A stretch of DNA of 63,996 nucleotides, counting the filler, from Rhizaria sp. SCN 62-66 (taxonomy: Eukaryota): assembly GCA_001724265.1 (NCBI GenBank). It is 3 parts of 3 records of this genome, joined end to end, with 100 filler letters (N's around TTAATTAATTAA, not from the genome) between each part and the next. Parts side by side here need not be neighbours in the genome. Positions count along the whole stretch, not along the records: positions 24,886 to 49,620 come from MEDY01000417.1; 2 more parts are not named here. The stretch is one strand, 5' to 3'. Below are positions 25,018 through 37,476 of this stretch, one piece after another (the first letter of the stretch is position 1; each line of letters starts with the position of its first letter). A program made the position numbers and the translations under genes. The notes below the pieces were generated by a model, which was given only the letters and a program-made list of their open reading frames with translations, ran no database searches and had not been told where the DNA came from.

Positions 25018-28000
25018 TATTCTGCTGGGGAATCGACGCGGCGGCTCCGTTGTAGCCAGCAAGAAGGCCCGTACTAACTGTGTATGTGTTGAAGAGCTCC
25101 ATATACTGCGCGTATGTTGTGAGCACTGGACCGAAGCGAAGAATGCGCGGATTGAACAGGTAATTGCTGCCAGAGATAGCAGAGCAGCCGGAAAAACGCA
25201 CGACCGTGTCAGAAACGCGCGTAGTCGTGTCACAGCTTAACTTCGTCATTGGTGATGAAAACCCCGTTGTTGTTGCATTTGTAGTCGATTGCATCACAAC
25301 ACGCGGAGCCATCACAGCCTGCGCTGATGATATGTCAAAGCCGAATGCAGCCGGTAACGCAGTGTGTGCGTAGACAATGCACTCCCAGTCCACCAGGACG
25401 GGTGCAGCGCCGTGGTCGTCAAGGGCGGGGTTTAACCCTGTTGCAGTCAGCCTGGCGGCGATTGGATACGCAACAAAATCAAGGTGGCGCGAGTAACTTG
25501 ACAGCGCAAGTGTCGCACTTTGAATGCGACGGGTGCTGCCAGCGGTGCTGGTGACGGAGAGACAGTCGAGGCTAAGGCTGTAATGAGTCGAAACAGCTAC
25601 ATCAAACTCAACGCCGCTGTTAACACCGGAGCTAACGCGAAAGCCGTCAACTGAGAGTGGTGTAATGCTGCTGCTCGCAGTAAATACATTCAGATCTGAG
25701 CACGTTGACGCAATGGTGTACGGAATCGTCGCGTCAACAGGATTGGTTGAGTAAAAATAGAGCCGCAAAGTCGTGCGTAGCTGCCGCGAGGCAACAATAG
25801 TCGCACTTGGCACAAGTACGCGGTCAATCTGCTCTGCGTACCAGTAGTAGTTGATTGCGTTGGCGGGCCGCAGCGTAATGGCATACTCAGCAATATATCC
25901 GGCGTTGTAGTCTGGGGTGCGCACCATGATTGAGGTAGGCTTAAGTGTGTAGGGATCCAGAGCATTCTCACGGCTAACCTGATTGGCATAAACAACTGAG
26001 ATGCCACCAATGGTGCACGACACAACATCATCGCTCTGTGCGCCTTTACTAGTGGCTGTCACTATAAGTCGGATTTGTGAGGCAGAGGCCGAAAAAAATG
26101 AACATTGACCACTAATCACCGCAGCGGAAGCAAAATTTACAGAAGTCGTAGCAGGAAAGTACTCGATCCAGCTACCAACTGAAATCGGCAGACGCGACGT
26201 AAGAATAAACGTCCCTGAAACAGTCGTCGCAACGTTTGTTAACACGGTGCCCGGTGACAGCTCAAGCGATATGGCTGAGTATGTAAACGAAACGGGGAGC
26301 AAGTTTGCATCAAATGCATTTGCCATTGACGTCGCCAGTACCACAGACCACTCTGTGTTGCCCGTTGTCGACTCAAGGTAAATCATAAGCCCATAAGCTG
26401 GAATCGTCGTCTTTGATGACGCGGATGGAGCAGCGACATTGGTGACGTTGAGTTCAATCATGTTGCTGCCAAGCGTTGCCCCGGCCGCGCATGTAAACTC
26501 CAGTGTGTTCGTGCTTGCAATAGTGGTCATACAACCGGCGTTGGTGATCATAGAGTTTGTGGAAAACCGCATAGGACACGCGGCTGACGTGCGAATTGTG
26601 CCACGATACGTGTACCCCGCTCCACTGAAGACGCCTTCCATTCCGGTGCCGTACCAGGTGCGGAAGCCCGCAGTAAAGAGATTGTCACTGCCGGAGACAC
26701 CTGAGCGGACGTGGCCTTCAATGTTAAGCTTGAGCTGTTCGGGTGTGAAAACTCGAATAGCACCTTGGTAGTTGCCGCAAGAGAAGGTGTAAAGCAGCGT
26801 ATACGTATAAGTTGGGTTGACGCGAGAGAGGAAACCGCCTAAAACCCTAGAGCGAGAATCGTACCACGAAGCAGCGGGCCGTGCTGAGACTGAAAGGGTT
26901 GCCCCGGCATAACTCTGAAGGTTGCCGTTAGTGACCGTGCAGCGGAACCGGGCTGCGAGAGTTTTCGCCGTGTTAATGTAGAAAAATCGCGTGCCAACGT
27001 TCATGCGAATATAATACGAAGTGCCTGAGCGCTTTACGGCGGCGCCAAAAGTTGGCGTAAGCTCATCTGAGATTATAGGTGCTGAAAACGGTAGCATTGC
27101 GTGCATAGGTGCAATACTCTCAATGCTACTGATGAGTTCGCCGTAGCTGGTGGTGATTTCAAAGAGCAAAAATGACTCTGTCGTTGAATGATTCAGTGGG
27201 GCGACGATTGTTGCCATTTGTGATAGCGCATGCGCATCCCAATATCGCATTTTAATTTCTAGAATAAAGCTTGACTCAGCCGCGTAGAGAGTCGAGCCAA
27301 TGCTCGTTACAGACGCCGTAAGTTGATACGTTGGTGTGAATGTTGGATTGCCGCTTGAGGCATAGCTATTGACGTATAAGTTCGTCCGTGAATTGCCAAC
27401 AATACTGCCATACCAGTCGACAGCGTTGCAGCCCACGGCTACTGGTCCACCGCTCAGCGCAGCAAAGTAGGTTCCTGTCCAATAAGGCCTGGATGTGCCA
27501 AAGTTGCCCGTGCATCCATAGACATAGAGACGATCAGGCCCAGTTGTTGAGCCCTCGTCGCTAGTCGTCGGAGACAGCACAACGTAAGCGCATCCTGAAC
27601 CCCCATTTTGATACACTGGCGCCACTGCGTAGAAAACATTGTTTAATGGGGGTCCAATATAAACCGATGAGCAGCGTGATGTGCAAGGGTGGTAAATTTG
27701 CGAGTGAATATATGTGTTCGTGACGCTATAATAGGTGACTCCATTAGGATTAAGCCATGACATGTGAACAATGGGCTTGATACCAGAGTACGTCACTGGG
27801 GAGATACCCGTGGCCAAACCAAAAGCCTGCGTTCGAAATTTACTACTCGTATTGGCGCTGTGCATGCCAGACTCGCTAGTGCCGGCATGATGGTAGACGT
27901 TATCGTCATCGGGACGGGATGCATCGTATGAGCTGTTGCTGTTAACATTGTCGTTACGGCTCTTGGGAGTCGTATTAGAGTTGTCGGTTTTGTTTGTGGT

Positions 28001-28333
28001 GTCTTTTGGAGGCTCGAAAAAGTCAGGATCATCGGCCGTAGCCACATAGTGTAGCGGCTCTCCGAACTCGCCGAAAGAATCGACACTCGGCGCGCCTTCT
28101 GATGGGGCATTATAGTCCGGATGTGTAACCCCCATCGCAGCGTATGTCTCACTAGACTCGGCTTGGACGACAACTTTGGCGTCAGGAAAGTCGGGATCCG
28201 GCTCGTAGTTGGACAACAGCCTCGGTTCAAATCTGTTGATGTCAACGGCAGGGGAGATTGGCGGGAGCGCGGCCATGGCGACGTGGGGCATGAGACACAG
28301 CGTGGAGAACGCAATGAAGAGGGCAAGAAACAT
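25018..28333 (-). CDS. Large secreted/surface protein, Ser/Thr/Tyr/Gly-rich; 3' end truncated at the telomere-like array
   Basis: About 1100-codon intronless frame; signal-peptide-like start MFLALFIAFSTLCLMPHVAMA; lower GC than housekeeping genes; no family recognised. Confidence 0.65.
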
Positions 28334-29607
28334 CAGGATCAAGTGTGTGCAATGCTGGTGATAGCGTCGGCGTGAGACAACCAGCTGTGCAAGCAACGAA
28401 CTATGCGTGATGAGGAGACATCTGGTGTCTGGAGACACTGCGGTTGGAGTTAAGTCCGATACGGCTGGGCACAGCGTCGGTGCGACAGACCGCATGATCG
28501 ACGACAAAAGCGGGCACGACGAGTGACAGTCTTGGACAGCACACATGTGAGAAGTACGCGCCGAGACTCAATTCCCGCTCCACTGCTGTGCTACTCAACA
28601 GCTGGACGCAAAATGCCCCCAGGATGTTGAGGTGTTGGGCTCGGCTAAAGGAAGATGCAGTTTGTCGCCGGGAAGACAGCAGACAGCAGGTGGTATGGAA
28701 GCTGCAGTGGTAAAGGAAACCTGGCGGGTGTAGCGTAAACAATGGGGAAATTGATGCAATAAGGTCCAACACGACTATAAGGCGGAGTTAGCGGTGTGCC
28801 TGGGGAAGAGTCGCCAAGGAGGAGAGGCAATAAATGTGAGAGCGTTGTGTGGCGTAGGGGGGTTGTGAGCGGGAACGAAACCACAATTTTGAAATATAAA
28901 CGATATTAATAAACACCCTCATTGTTGAATTTGTTCTTCGTATAGTGATCACAGCGAGAAACAGTCGGGGAAATGCAAAACCACGTGAGCTCCACAACCC
29001 TGACACGTAGATTAACTGTCCCGGAAGGCCCCTGGGATACGTCGCAAGTAGAATAGCAGTAGCTCCAAACCATCAACATCATCACATCACAGAAAAGTAG
29101 AATGGCCGTGATTGAATTTGAAACCATGTCTATCAAAGTGCACACAAGGTCTTTTAAAATCTGATGACCCAGGCACCTCGCTTATCAGTCTTTCCTTGTC
29201 ATGACACACTGTCTGAGAAGCCTCCAGTGACTATGTTGTCATCCCCGAAAGTCGTTTTGTCAACACCTGATTTTCAAGTTGTCAAAATAACACATATCTT
29301 TACAAAATCAGGACTTTTTTGCGTGAAAGAAACTTATCACAGAGTAAAACATATGTCCGTACATAGTGATATCATTTTCATCAGTGTTGTATTTAATCTA
29401 TATGTGAATATAGAAGATTATCCTGAGATCAGAGGCATCCGCGATGATATGTTGTCAGTTCTCTCTAAATATCGTGTTAACTATCAACAGCAATCTAATT
29501 CGCATATATATGAGTTAAATATATGCTACATGTAGATTATAATGGCACCGGACTTCCGACTACGTTTTTGTTCAAGTGTTGGTTGACCTGTCAACATCTT
29601 CGTAAGG

Positions 29608-29792
29608 TCACTCTGTCTGGGCGGTACTCTTCTTTTTCTGCGCCACATTGTCCCAAAACGCAGGCCGCCAAAATGGGCCCATCCCACCTGCATTATCTTC
29701 AACCCCCGACTTTGCGCTCCAATTTTTCGTCCTCGCACATTGCGCACCGTCAGCATCACCACTCACACGAACAGATGTGTTTGCACTGGCCG

Positions 29793-29823
<31 letters not shown>

Positions 29824-32800
29824 ATCTGCGTTTGCCACTGCAGCGGCAGAAACAAGAACAATCCTGCGCGCGCGCTCACTGGTGGACGCGCCGCGGCGCA
29901 CATATTCGCGCCACGACCGCGACTGCCGCGCCGCCAACACTGCTCGATAACCCGCAAACGCCTGCTGCGCCTCCTTGTCACCAGCGCTAGAATCGCCGGC
30001 AACGCCATCGTAAGTGTTCCAGCAATTGCTGTCCGGATCACTGGCGTTGTTGTACGGAGCGTTCTCCCACGGCATACGGTACAGCGGCGCGAACGTGTCA
30101 TCCTCCCTTTCGGCGCGACTCAGCGTTTCATACCGGCCGCGCAACGGGCCGTACGCCGGCGCTGCAAACGTCCCCGTCCCCAGTCCGCCCGCCCACCGGC
30201 CCGCAGTGAGCGTGACGCGGCCTCCGGCGCCGGTGAGCGTAGCGCCCGGCAGCGCGTACTGCGGGCGTCGCCATAGTAAGTCCCCGGGTTGGAAGAGCAC
30301 GGTGCGGCGCGTCACCGCGCGGCCCATTGGTGGCGGCGGGGCGGGGCGCAGCGGTGGCAGCGGCGCGGTGGCTGCCAGAGCGCGCAACACGGACGCGGCC
30401 TCGCTGTCGGTGTCCGCCACTGTAACGCTCTGCTCGCGGTCAATTAAGTCTGCAATGCAAAGTCGTGCCATATCGTCCATCGGGCTATTGTGTGAGACGC
30501 CGACAGTAACGCCCCAGCGTTGGGAGCTCTTAGTGTTTGTGCGAGTTTCGGTCGTCGCAGAGCGGGGCAAGCAAGACTGTGTCGCAGCAGCAGTGTCGGC
30601 AATCTCAGGAGGATGAGAGGTCGAATCAGTGATGATTGCAGGATTGCTTGAAGATTGTTGCGCTGCGTTAACTGTATCTGCAAGAGAGTCACTTGACAAC
30701 GTGTTCGCAGCTAAAGTTTTAGCAACATTAAGCTGTGGCTTTGAGTATGCTTCCGAGCGTTTCTTATCTCCTGGAACGCAGACATCAAGTGCAGCGGCGC
30801 TATTTGCGAGGGATAACGCAGAGTGCTCGTTTTGCTACTGCGCTAACGCATTTGTCGCTTGTTGTAACTCGGGAAACACAGCAAAGTCATCTTTCTCACT
30901 GCCACGGCGCGATAAACCCTTCATAGTAGTAGCAGCGGGTTTCAACGGCCTTGTTGTAGTTGCGCTCTTGGCGCTAGCGCGAGCCGCGATGCGCGTGTGC
31001 GCGTGGCTGGCCTCCGCAGCAAGCCCCGCACCGCCGAAAAAGGGCGCGGCAACAGCGCTCACCACAATCGCCTGCTATGAGGGACTCAACATGCTGGCAA
31101 CTGAGCGGGCCACGGACCGCAGTGTCGGCCGCCGCAGCAGCGGAGGCGCAGCGCGTGGGTGCTGTGGACGCAATGACTGTGAGCGTTGCAGCGACTGTGA
31201 GCTCTGCAATGACCGTGACTGTGATTTTGACTGTGACTTGGACTGAGGCGGCGAGAGTGAGTTAAGCGGAGACGGGAGAGTTGCATCGCTTGCAGAGGGT
31301 GTAACTGTCTTTAGAGTTGATGCATTCGCAGCAGCTTTGGAGCTTTGCTGTTGTTGCTGCTGCGATGTCTTGGTGGCAACAGTAGATTGTTTCGCAGTAT
31401 TATCATGTGCCTTAGCGTCCGTGGGCTCAGCATTGACAAAAACAACAACATCAGCAGCTGCAGCGTCAATTGTCTCAGCGGCACCGCTATCATTACCACA
31501 GCTGCCATCACTGTTTGTTGCAACGTCGTTGCCGTTCGCAGCATCGACAGCGCGCTGCTCAAACGCCGCCACAGCAGCATCCCTCTCAGACAAAGTCGCC
31601 ACGGCGGCCTCGGCCGCACGAGCGACTGCGACCGCGAGCGCACGCCTCTTTGCCTCAGTCGCCACCGTCGCTGCACTGTGCGCCGCTGTGTCTGACTGCA
31701 AAAACGCGCTCGTGGTGGATGTAGTCAAAGAAGTGTTCGCAGTGGTGCTGGGTTGCGCAGTGAGGGAGTGTGCAAGGCCGGCAGAGCGCGCGCGCCGTGA
31801 CCGCCATTGCGGTGAGCTATGGTAAGACTTTGATGCAGTCGGCGCGGGCTGCGAGCGCAAAGGGGACTTGTGCAGCGAAGACAAAGGCTATGAGCTGACA
31901 GAATCGCGACTTACAGGCGCGTTTGTCGTTGCGTTAGCGTGGGCCTCAGTACCACTCAGGCTCAGTGATGCTACTTTTGCAGCGTTTGTGCTTGAGTTTT
32001 TGCTTGGTTGGAAGCGTGCGGATGTTTCTTGGAGAACTAGCGCTTTGTGAGCGCGCACAGTAGCGCTACGACTCACTGCCGCATTGATCCCAGAGTACAG
32101 TGCGCGTGACAACACTCCGGTCATGTCATGCGGCTCACGGTCGCGCTGTGGACGACGATCTGACTGTGGGCGGCTCAACTTCTCGCTCTCGTCACTTTTA
32201 GCGCCGCCTTTCGGCTTTGACAAAGCAGTGGCATTAACAGCGCGCAGCAGTGAACGTTGCTTGCGCTGTAGCGGCTGCTGCTGCTGTTGTTGTTGTTGTT
32301 GATCTCGTTCTTGTGGCTCTCCCTGCTGCCCCAAATCGCTGCTGTGCGAGCTCTTGTTGTTACTCTCTGTGTTCCCAGTCCACGCCGCAAGCGCAGCGGC
32401 GAGACACCGTGTCGCCACCCGCGGCGGCAACGGCAGCCTGTGCGGGCGCGGCGGCTCCAGACTGGGCGCGCTGGCAGTCGCTGCGCCAGGCACGTGCGGT
32501 GGCTTTGCGTGGATCTGTAAGAGGGCAGGGGCGCGGGCTGAGAAACCGAGGCAGCGCGCGCATAGTGCAGCAAGAGTCTTTAAAGCTACGGGGTCAAATA
32601 AAGACTAATCACGACATTCACGCTGCCGCTGTGTAGTAGTGTTCGCATAAAATGTCGTTAAAACAGTTGCATCATTAGTTGCGTACGGCTTAACTAAAGC
32701 CAGGCTTGAAGTCGCAGTGGCATTGACATCTGGACAGCTAACATCACTTGTTGGTGATTGTTGCGATGAGGTTACAGCTTCACTGGTGTTTGTGCGATGA

Positions 32801-33477
32801 TTACTGTTGTTTGTGGCTATGTTGCGGCGCGCATTGGCGTGTTCCCACTACAACTGTCCCAGCAACGTATGCCAGTCAGCCGCTGTAGCCGGCGCGATAG
32901 ACAGTACAGTAGACTGTGGCTCACGGTCACGAGGTGTCTCTTCAGATACAGGCGCTATGACGGGCTCTGTTGCAGTCGCAGCCGGAGCTTGAGCCTCAAG
33001 CTCTGGTTTGGTATCCACAGACCTGTCCGTGGGCGTTGTCACTAAAGCGGTTTCATGCACTGCTGGAACATCAGTACCAGGGTCAGTGGGAGCAGCAGTT
33101 CCAGCAACAGTATCAGCAGAAACAGCAGTCTCAGCAACAGAGCTCGGCAGCGTCTCCGCAGCGGATGCTTGCGGTGCGCCCCGTTGTGCGTTATTCTGCG
33201 CCACCAACGCGGCCGCGTCGGTCTCCGAGTGCAGCGTGAGAGAAAGCAGCGCACCCGTGTCAGCGTTCACAGTCGCAACCACGCGGAACGCTCCAAGTGC
33301 AGAGAGGGCCATGAACGCCGACTCATGGTCACGGGTGAGTGGGACAACAATGCGCAGCACGAGCGGGGGCGGGGGACCGAATGGCGCAGTCGCAGAGCAG
33401 TGCGACAGCCCACTCGGCAGTGGCGCTTGGGGCGACACCGGTCCCAGATAGTCCAGGGACTGTGATGGGGTTGCCAT
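29608..33477 (-). CDS. Hypothetical low-complexity protein (~1290 codons) with five in-frame TAG codons
   Basis: Track ORFs 32848-33552, 31888-32493, 31075-31884, 30835-31065 and 29608-30699 share one frame. The only interruptions are TAG at 32848, 32605, 31888, 31075 and 30835. Ends at TGA 29608. Confidence 0.7.
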
Positions 33478-34910
33478 TGACGGGCGAGGCAGAGCGAGCG
33501 GTGAATTCACTCTCGCCGCAACGACAGATGGAGCTGAACAGGGGCAAATCAAAAGTTATATGGTTGTAATATAATATTGCACTTGTCATACTGTGATGAT
33601 TAACTCATTTGTGCCTTTTTGCGCTGATTAGAGCGACATTTGTGTAGGGCAGTTTAAGATAGCATGGCCGTTGAACTGTGTGCTCGATTGAAGCCCCTGA
33701 AAGGTACAACGACACAAAGTAATATATTATAAACGGGTCACATACAAAAATGCATTTAAATTATCATATCAAGGCAAACTATGCGGTGACGGACATTTTA
33801 TGATGTGGCTGTCATTTTTGTTTTAGCTCTCTGCCAGCTTGGCGAGGTAGCCGTTACCTGGAGTAAAGTGCAGGAAGCGAACAATTCAAGTCATATCTTG
33901 GCAGCGTCATCATAGTTGATAACATCTACAGTCCGTATAATATACCATGTTAAGTTGTGTCTTTTTAGCTGGGTGATTGTTCTTGAAGCCTGGTTTACGC
34001 AAGTGCATATCTTAGATGGATCTATTTTCAAGTGACACACTTGTGACAATGTCGCCGCATGTGTTCAAACAGAACCCAATTGCGACGACTACTCGTTTCC
34101 AACAGGATTATTAATTTGTACAACCCATGTTGCAGTTATGTAATAGTACATGTCTACCAAACCTAGTACCGTGCTCTATTGTCAACAAGCAATGCAAAGT
34201 TTCACAATCATAACGTGTATCGCCGTATCTAGCTCAGCAGGATACACATTTAAAGATAATATGTCCTACTAATTTATGAAAAACCGTATATACGACCATG
34301 CTGTTGCAATCAAACGTGGTGTAGCAAGAAACGTATGCGAAAGCAGAGTCAAAGGTTTCGTTACTCTCGGCACGAAGATTCTCAATGTGCGATGACCGTT
34401 TGTTGCGGCATTTGAGGGCATATCAAAATTACCAGAAAGAAAACAGCACTTTAAAAACAAAATAGTGTTATATCCAGAGCTTATAGGATTGACAGTTGAT
34501 ATAGCCCCGGTTCGAGTGAGTTATAACGCGTTTTTGGCCTCCTTTCTGCGCTGCGCGTGACTGCGCGCGGTAGCGGCGAGCCGAGTGGTCACCTGGTGAC
34601 TATATGGTGAGCTACGACGAAGATTCGAGGGGAAAGTTTCACCTGACTGTGTGCATCACATTAACCGTAAAGCACTAAATGTGCTCACTGTTGAATTAAT
34701 ATGCTTTGGTAGCTGTCTGGTTTTATTATTGGCACTTTTTGAATTTGCGCTTGAGAGACTTTATGCTATGCTTTTCTATCTGCCGCGTGCCGATGGGCAG
34801 ACGGCGCATGCACTTTCTGCCTCGCCCCTATCGACCATCATGACCTTACCCACTCACACCACAAATGCTTGCTATCGATATCTCCGTTTGTCTCGTTTTG
34901 CTTTATGTAG

Positions 34911-35342
34911 ATGAACGCAATTGACGCTGACACCCTGTGGGCGTGGGAGGATTCCTGGAAGGAGAAGGACGAGACTCTGCAAAAGTCCCTCAAGATCGAC
35001 GACTTGCGCCACGTTTTCCTCTGCCTGGGCAAGGATCTCTCGCAAAAGGACCTCAAGGACGTCTGCAACGGCGGCAACTCGTGCTCTTTTGAGGCCTTTA
35101 AGCAGTTCATGTCGAACCAGCCCCGCCAGGCTGCGGCCGCGATCGAGATCAAGAACTCGGTCCACGTCCTCGCCCAATCCTCTGGCGGCACTATGCGCAC
35201 TGCAGAGCTCCGCTTGCTGCTCACGTCACAGGGCGAGAAGCTCGCGCACGACGAGGCCGCCACTGTCGTTGCCGATGCGGACCCCCGCAAGACCGGCTTC
35301 GTCGATGTTGAGCCCTTCGCTGACCTCATTACTTCCGCGTAA
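34911..35342 (+). CDS. Calmodulin-superfamily EF-hand protein (myosin light chain-like, degenerate Ca-binding loops)
   Basis: DDLRHVFLCLGKDLS, GTMRTAELRLLLTSQGEKL, DADPRKTGFVDVEPF; 143 aa; stop TAA. The ATG follows a possible acceptor TAG. Confidence 0.8.
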   Translation: MNAIDADTLWAWEDSWKEKDETLQKSLKIDDLRHVFLCLGKDLSQKDLKDVCNGGNSCSFEAFKQFMSNQPRQAAAAIEIKNSVHVLAQSSGGTMRTAELRLLLTSQGEKLAHDEAATVVADADPRKTGFVDVEPFADLITSA

Positions 35343-35739
35343 GCAAACACACAGCTTCACCGCAAAGCAGAACACTCACTTTTACCCATATCACTGAATC
35401 TCTTTACGAGCTTATGCACTACTGTGTCAGGTGCCTGGATAGAAATGTGTTTGCTTTCTTTTGCAGAAACACCTATATGCGCGCTGTAATCGCGCTTTTG
35501 TACATGTAACACTTTACGTAGATACCTACAAACAACAACACGCTACCCTACAGTCCATCGTAGTGCGAAACAGCTGACAATACACATAAACAAAATCAAA
35601 TTACTCCACAAAACCTTCAGTTCACATCGAGATACTTATATCTATACAATGTATTGCGAAAAATCCTCAAAAATAACAAATCCGACATATCATAAGCCGA
35701 CACAAACTGACTCACTCTCTTGCTACCGTAGTAATGACT

Positions 35740-36832
35740 TTACTCGCAGGAAGAAATGCAGAGCGAGCCGTCATCAGCGCCCGACGCGACCTTTGCGCCA
35801 TCGGGCGAGAAGGCCACAGCCCACACCTTGCCAGTATGCGCTTCGACAGCGGCCCTCAGCGCGCGGGACGCCAAGTCAAACACGCGCACTTTCCGGTCAG
35901 CGCAGGCTGTCGCCACACGGGCCCCGTCGGCCGAGACAGCGGCGGCAAGAACCCATGACTGGTGGCCCTCGAGCCCGCCCAGTGCGGCGCCGTCCGCCGC
36001 GGCTGTCACGCGCACCGTGCCGTCGTCGGAACCCGTGACCACGGAGGCTGAATCGGGCGCCCACGCCACGGCACGCACGGGCTTCGCGTGGAGCGAGCGG
36101 GACCAACGGGCCACGCCGGTGGCGGCGGAAAGAACGGCGACCGTGCCGTCAGCGAAGCCGGCTGCGATGAGTTCGCCGTTGGGGGAGTAGCTAAGGGAGA
36201 AGGCGAGACAGCTCTCGCCGGTAGACGCGCTCAGCACAACGGCGCCAGCGCCAGCGCCGCTCGGGATAGCGGCCGAGTTGGCGTTGTCGCCGGAGTCGGA
36301 GGTGTGGCCAGTGGAGTAGACCGAGAGCGTGCCGCGGTGGGAGATCGTCGCGACGCGGGTGCCGGCAGGGTTCATCGCGACCGCCCAAGACTGCAGAGGG
36401 CCGGCGTTGATGTCGGCGGTCTGCGACACTGAAGCGCTCTTGGAGGAAGCAGCGGCAGCGGTGGTAGAGTAGAGACGCAAGTGGCCGTCCATGGAGCTGG
36501 TTGCCACGCGGGAGCCGGACTTATCGCACGCTATAGATATAAAAACAAGGTGATATCGATGTCGGAGACGGAAAGAGAATACGAATGAGATCTCAGCCTG
36601 AAGGAGAAAGAGTTAAGTTTGGTTGAGGAGACAAGCAGAGATACGTACAGATAGCAACAACGCTAAGCTCCTGGTCCTTGATGGTGTCGATAGGGCGGTC
36701 AAGCGCGTCGGGACGCCAGCACTTGACGGTCTCGTCGATAGAGCCGGTGAGAATGACATCGGCGGTAGTCCAGATCAGGGAAGTGATCGAGTCCTCGTGG
36801 GCCGCGGCGTTGGACGCGAGCAGCTTCGACAT
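35740..36832 (-). CDS. WDR61: WD40-repeat protein WDR61/SKI8 (SKI and PAF1 complex subunit)
   Basis: Exons 36832-36649 and 36530-35740. AHEDSITSLIW, TGSIDETVKCW, TSSMDGHLRLY, INAGPLQSW, HAKPVRAVAW, LEGHQSWVL and HTGKVWAV follow WDR61 repeat order. Stop TAA. Confidence 0.88.
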
Positions 36833-37476
36833 TTCGGTTGATAGCACACGCAAGGGTTGAGCAACAAGGTGATAAATCGGCTGGGGAAAAGAGAGTTGCT
36901 GGGGGAGAAAGCGCTGGGTGGGAGTGAAGCAAGGGACCACGAAAGATAGCAAGAGGAGGCGAAAGTGAGGACCGGCAAGTTAAGGGCCAGTTTGTGTGCC
37001 ACGATGTAGAGGAGAACGCAAAAACAAGATTAAAACCAAAGTCCAACTGTTATTTTAGTCGGATCTCATGCGTGCATAAAGAAGTACTTAACAGGGAGTC
37101 CTCACAGAGGACGTGAATGTCGTGAGTCGGAAGGACGTGAGAGCCTGCGGTAGATTCGAGTGTCAGCCACACTATTGCGGAAGAAACATAGCGACTGCAA
37201 GAGACGTAAAAAGAGAGATATGCCAAACACATCGCTTTAACGTCCGAAGTCCATATCATGGTGCTACTGACGGAGGATAGAGCTCACCAGAGTCATGCAA
37301 AAGAAGCGCGGACGCTAATGGTCGCCAAGACGGCTCCACTCTCAGCTCCTCGGCATATGCTGGTTTCTCTTCGATGAGCATCTTAAAAGAATACCATCTC
37401 AATATCAATGTATTTTTCAATTAATATTCACTCTCATATAGTTTTTCATAAATTGATATCTTCACAGAGCGTCTTT

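Noticed and set aside
31888-31914. TAG at 31888 as the acceptor of a 27-nt in-frame mini-intron (GTAAGT...CATAG)
   Set aside because: Possible for this one site. The other TAGs I inspected lack a comparable frame-preserving donor, and the well-supported introns here are AT-rich and 118-269 nt, so mini-introns do not explain the pattern.
33790-34460. Weak minus-strand frame with several TAG and TGA
   Set aside because: Mixed stop types, AT-rich and no homology recognised.
34495-34535. GGTTCGAG T-loop/B-box-like motif, considered as a possible suppressor tRNA
   Set aside because: No cloverleaf or acceptor stem could be built; no tRNA was identified in the window.
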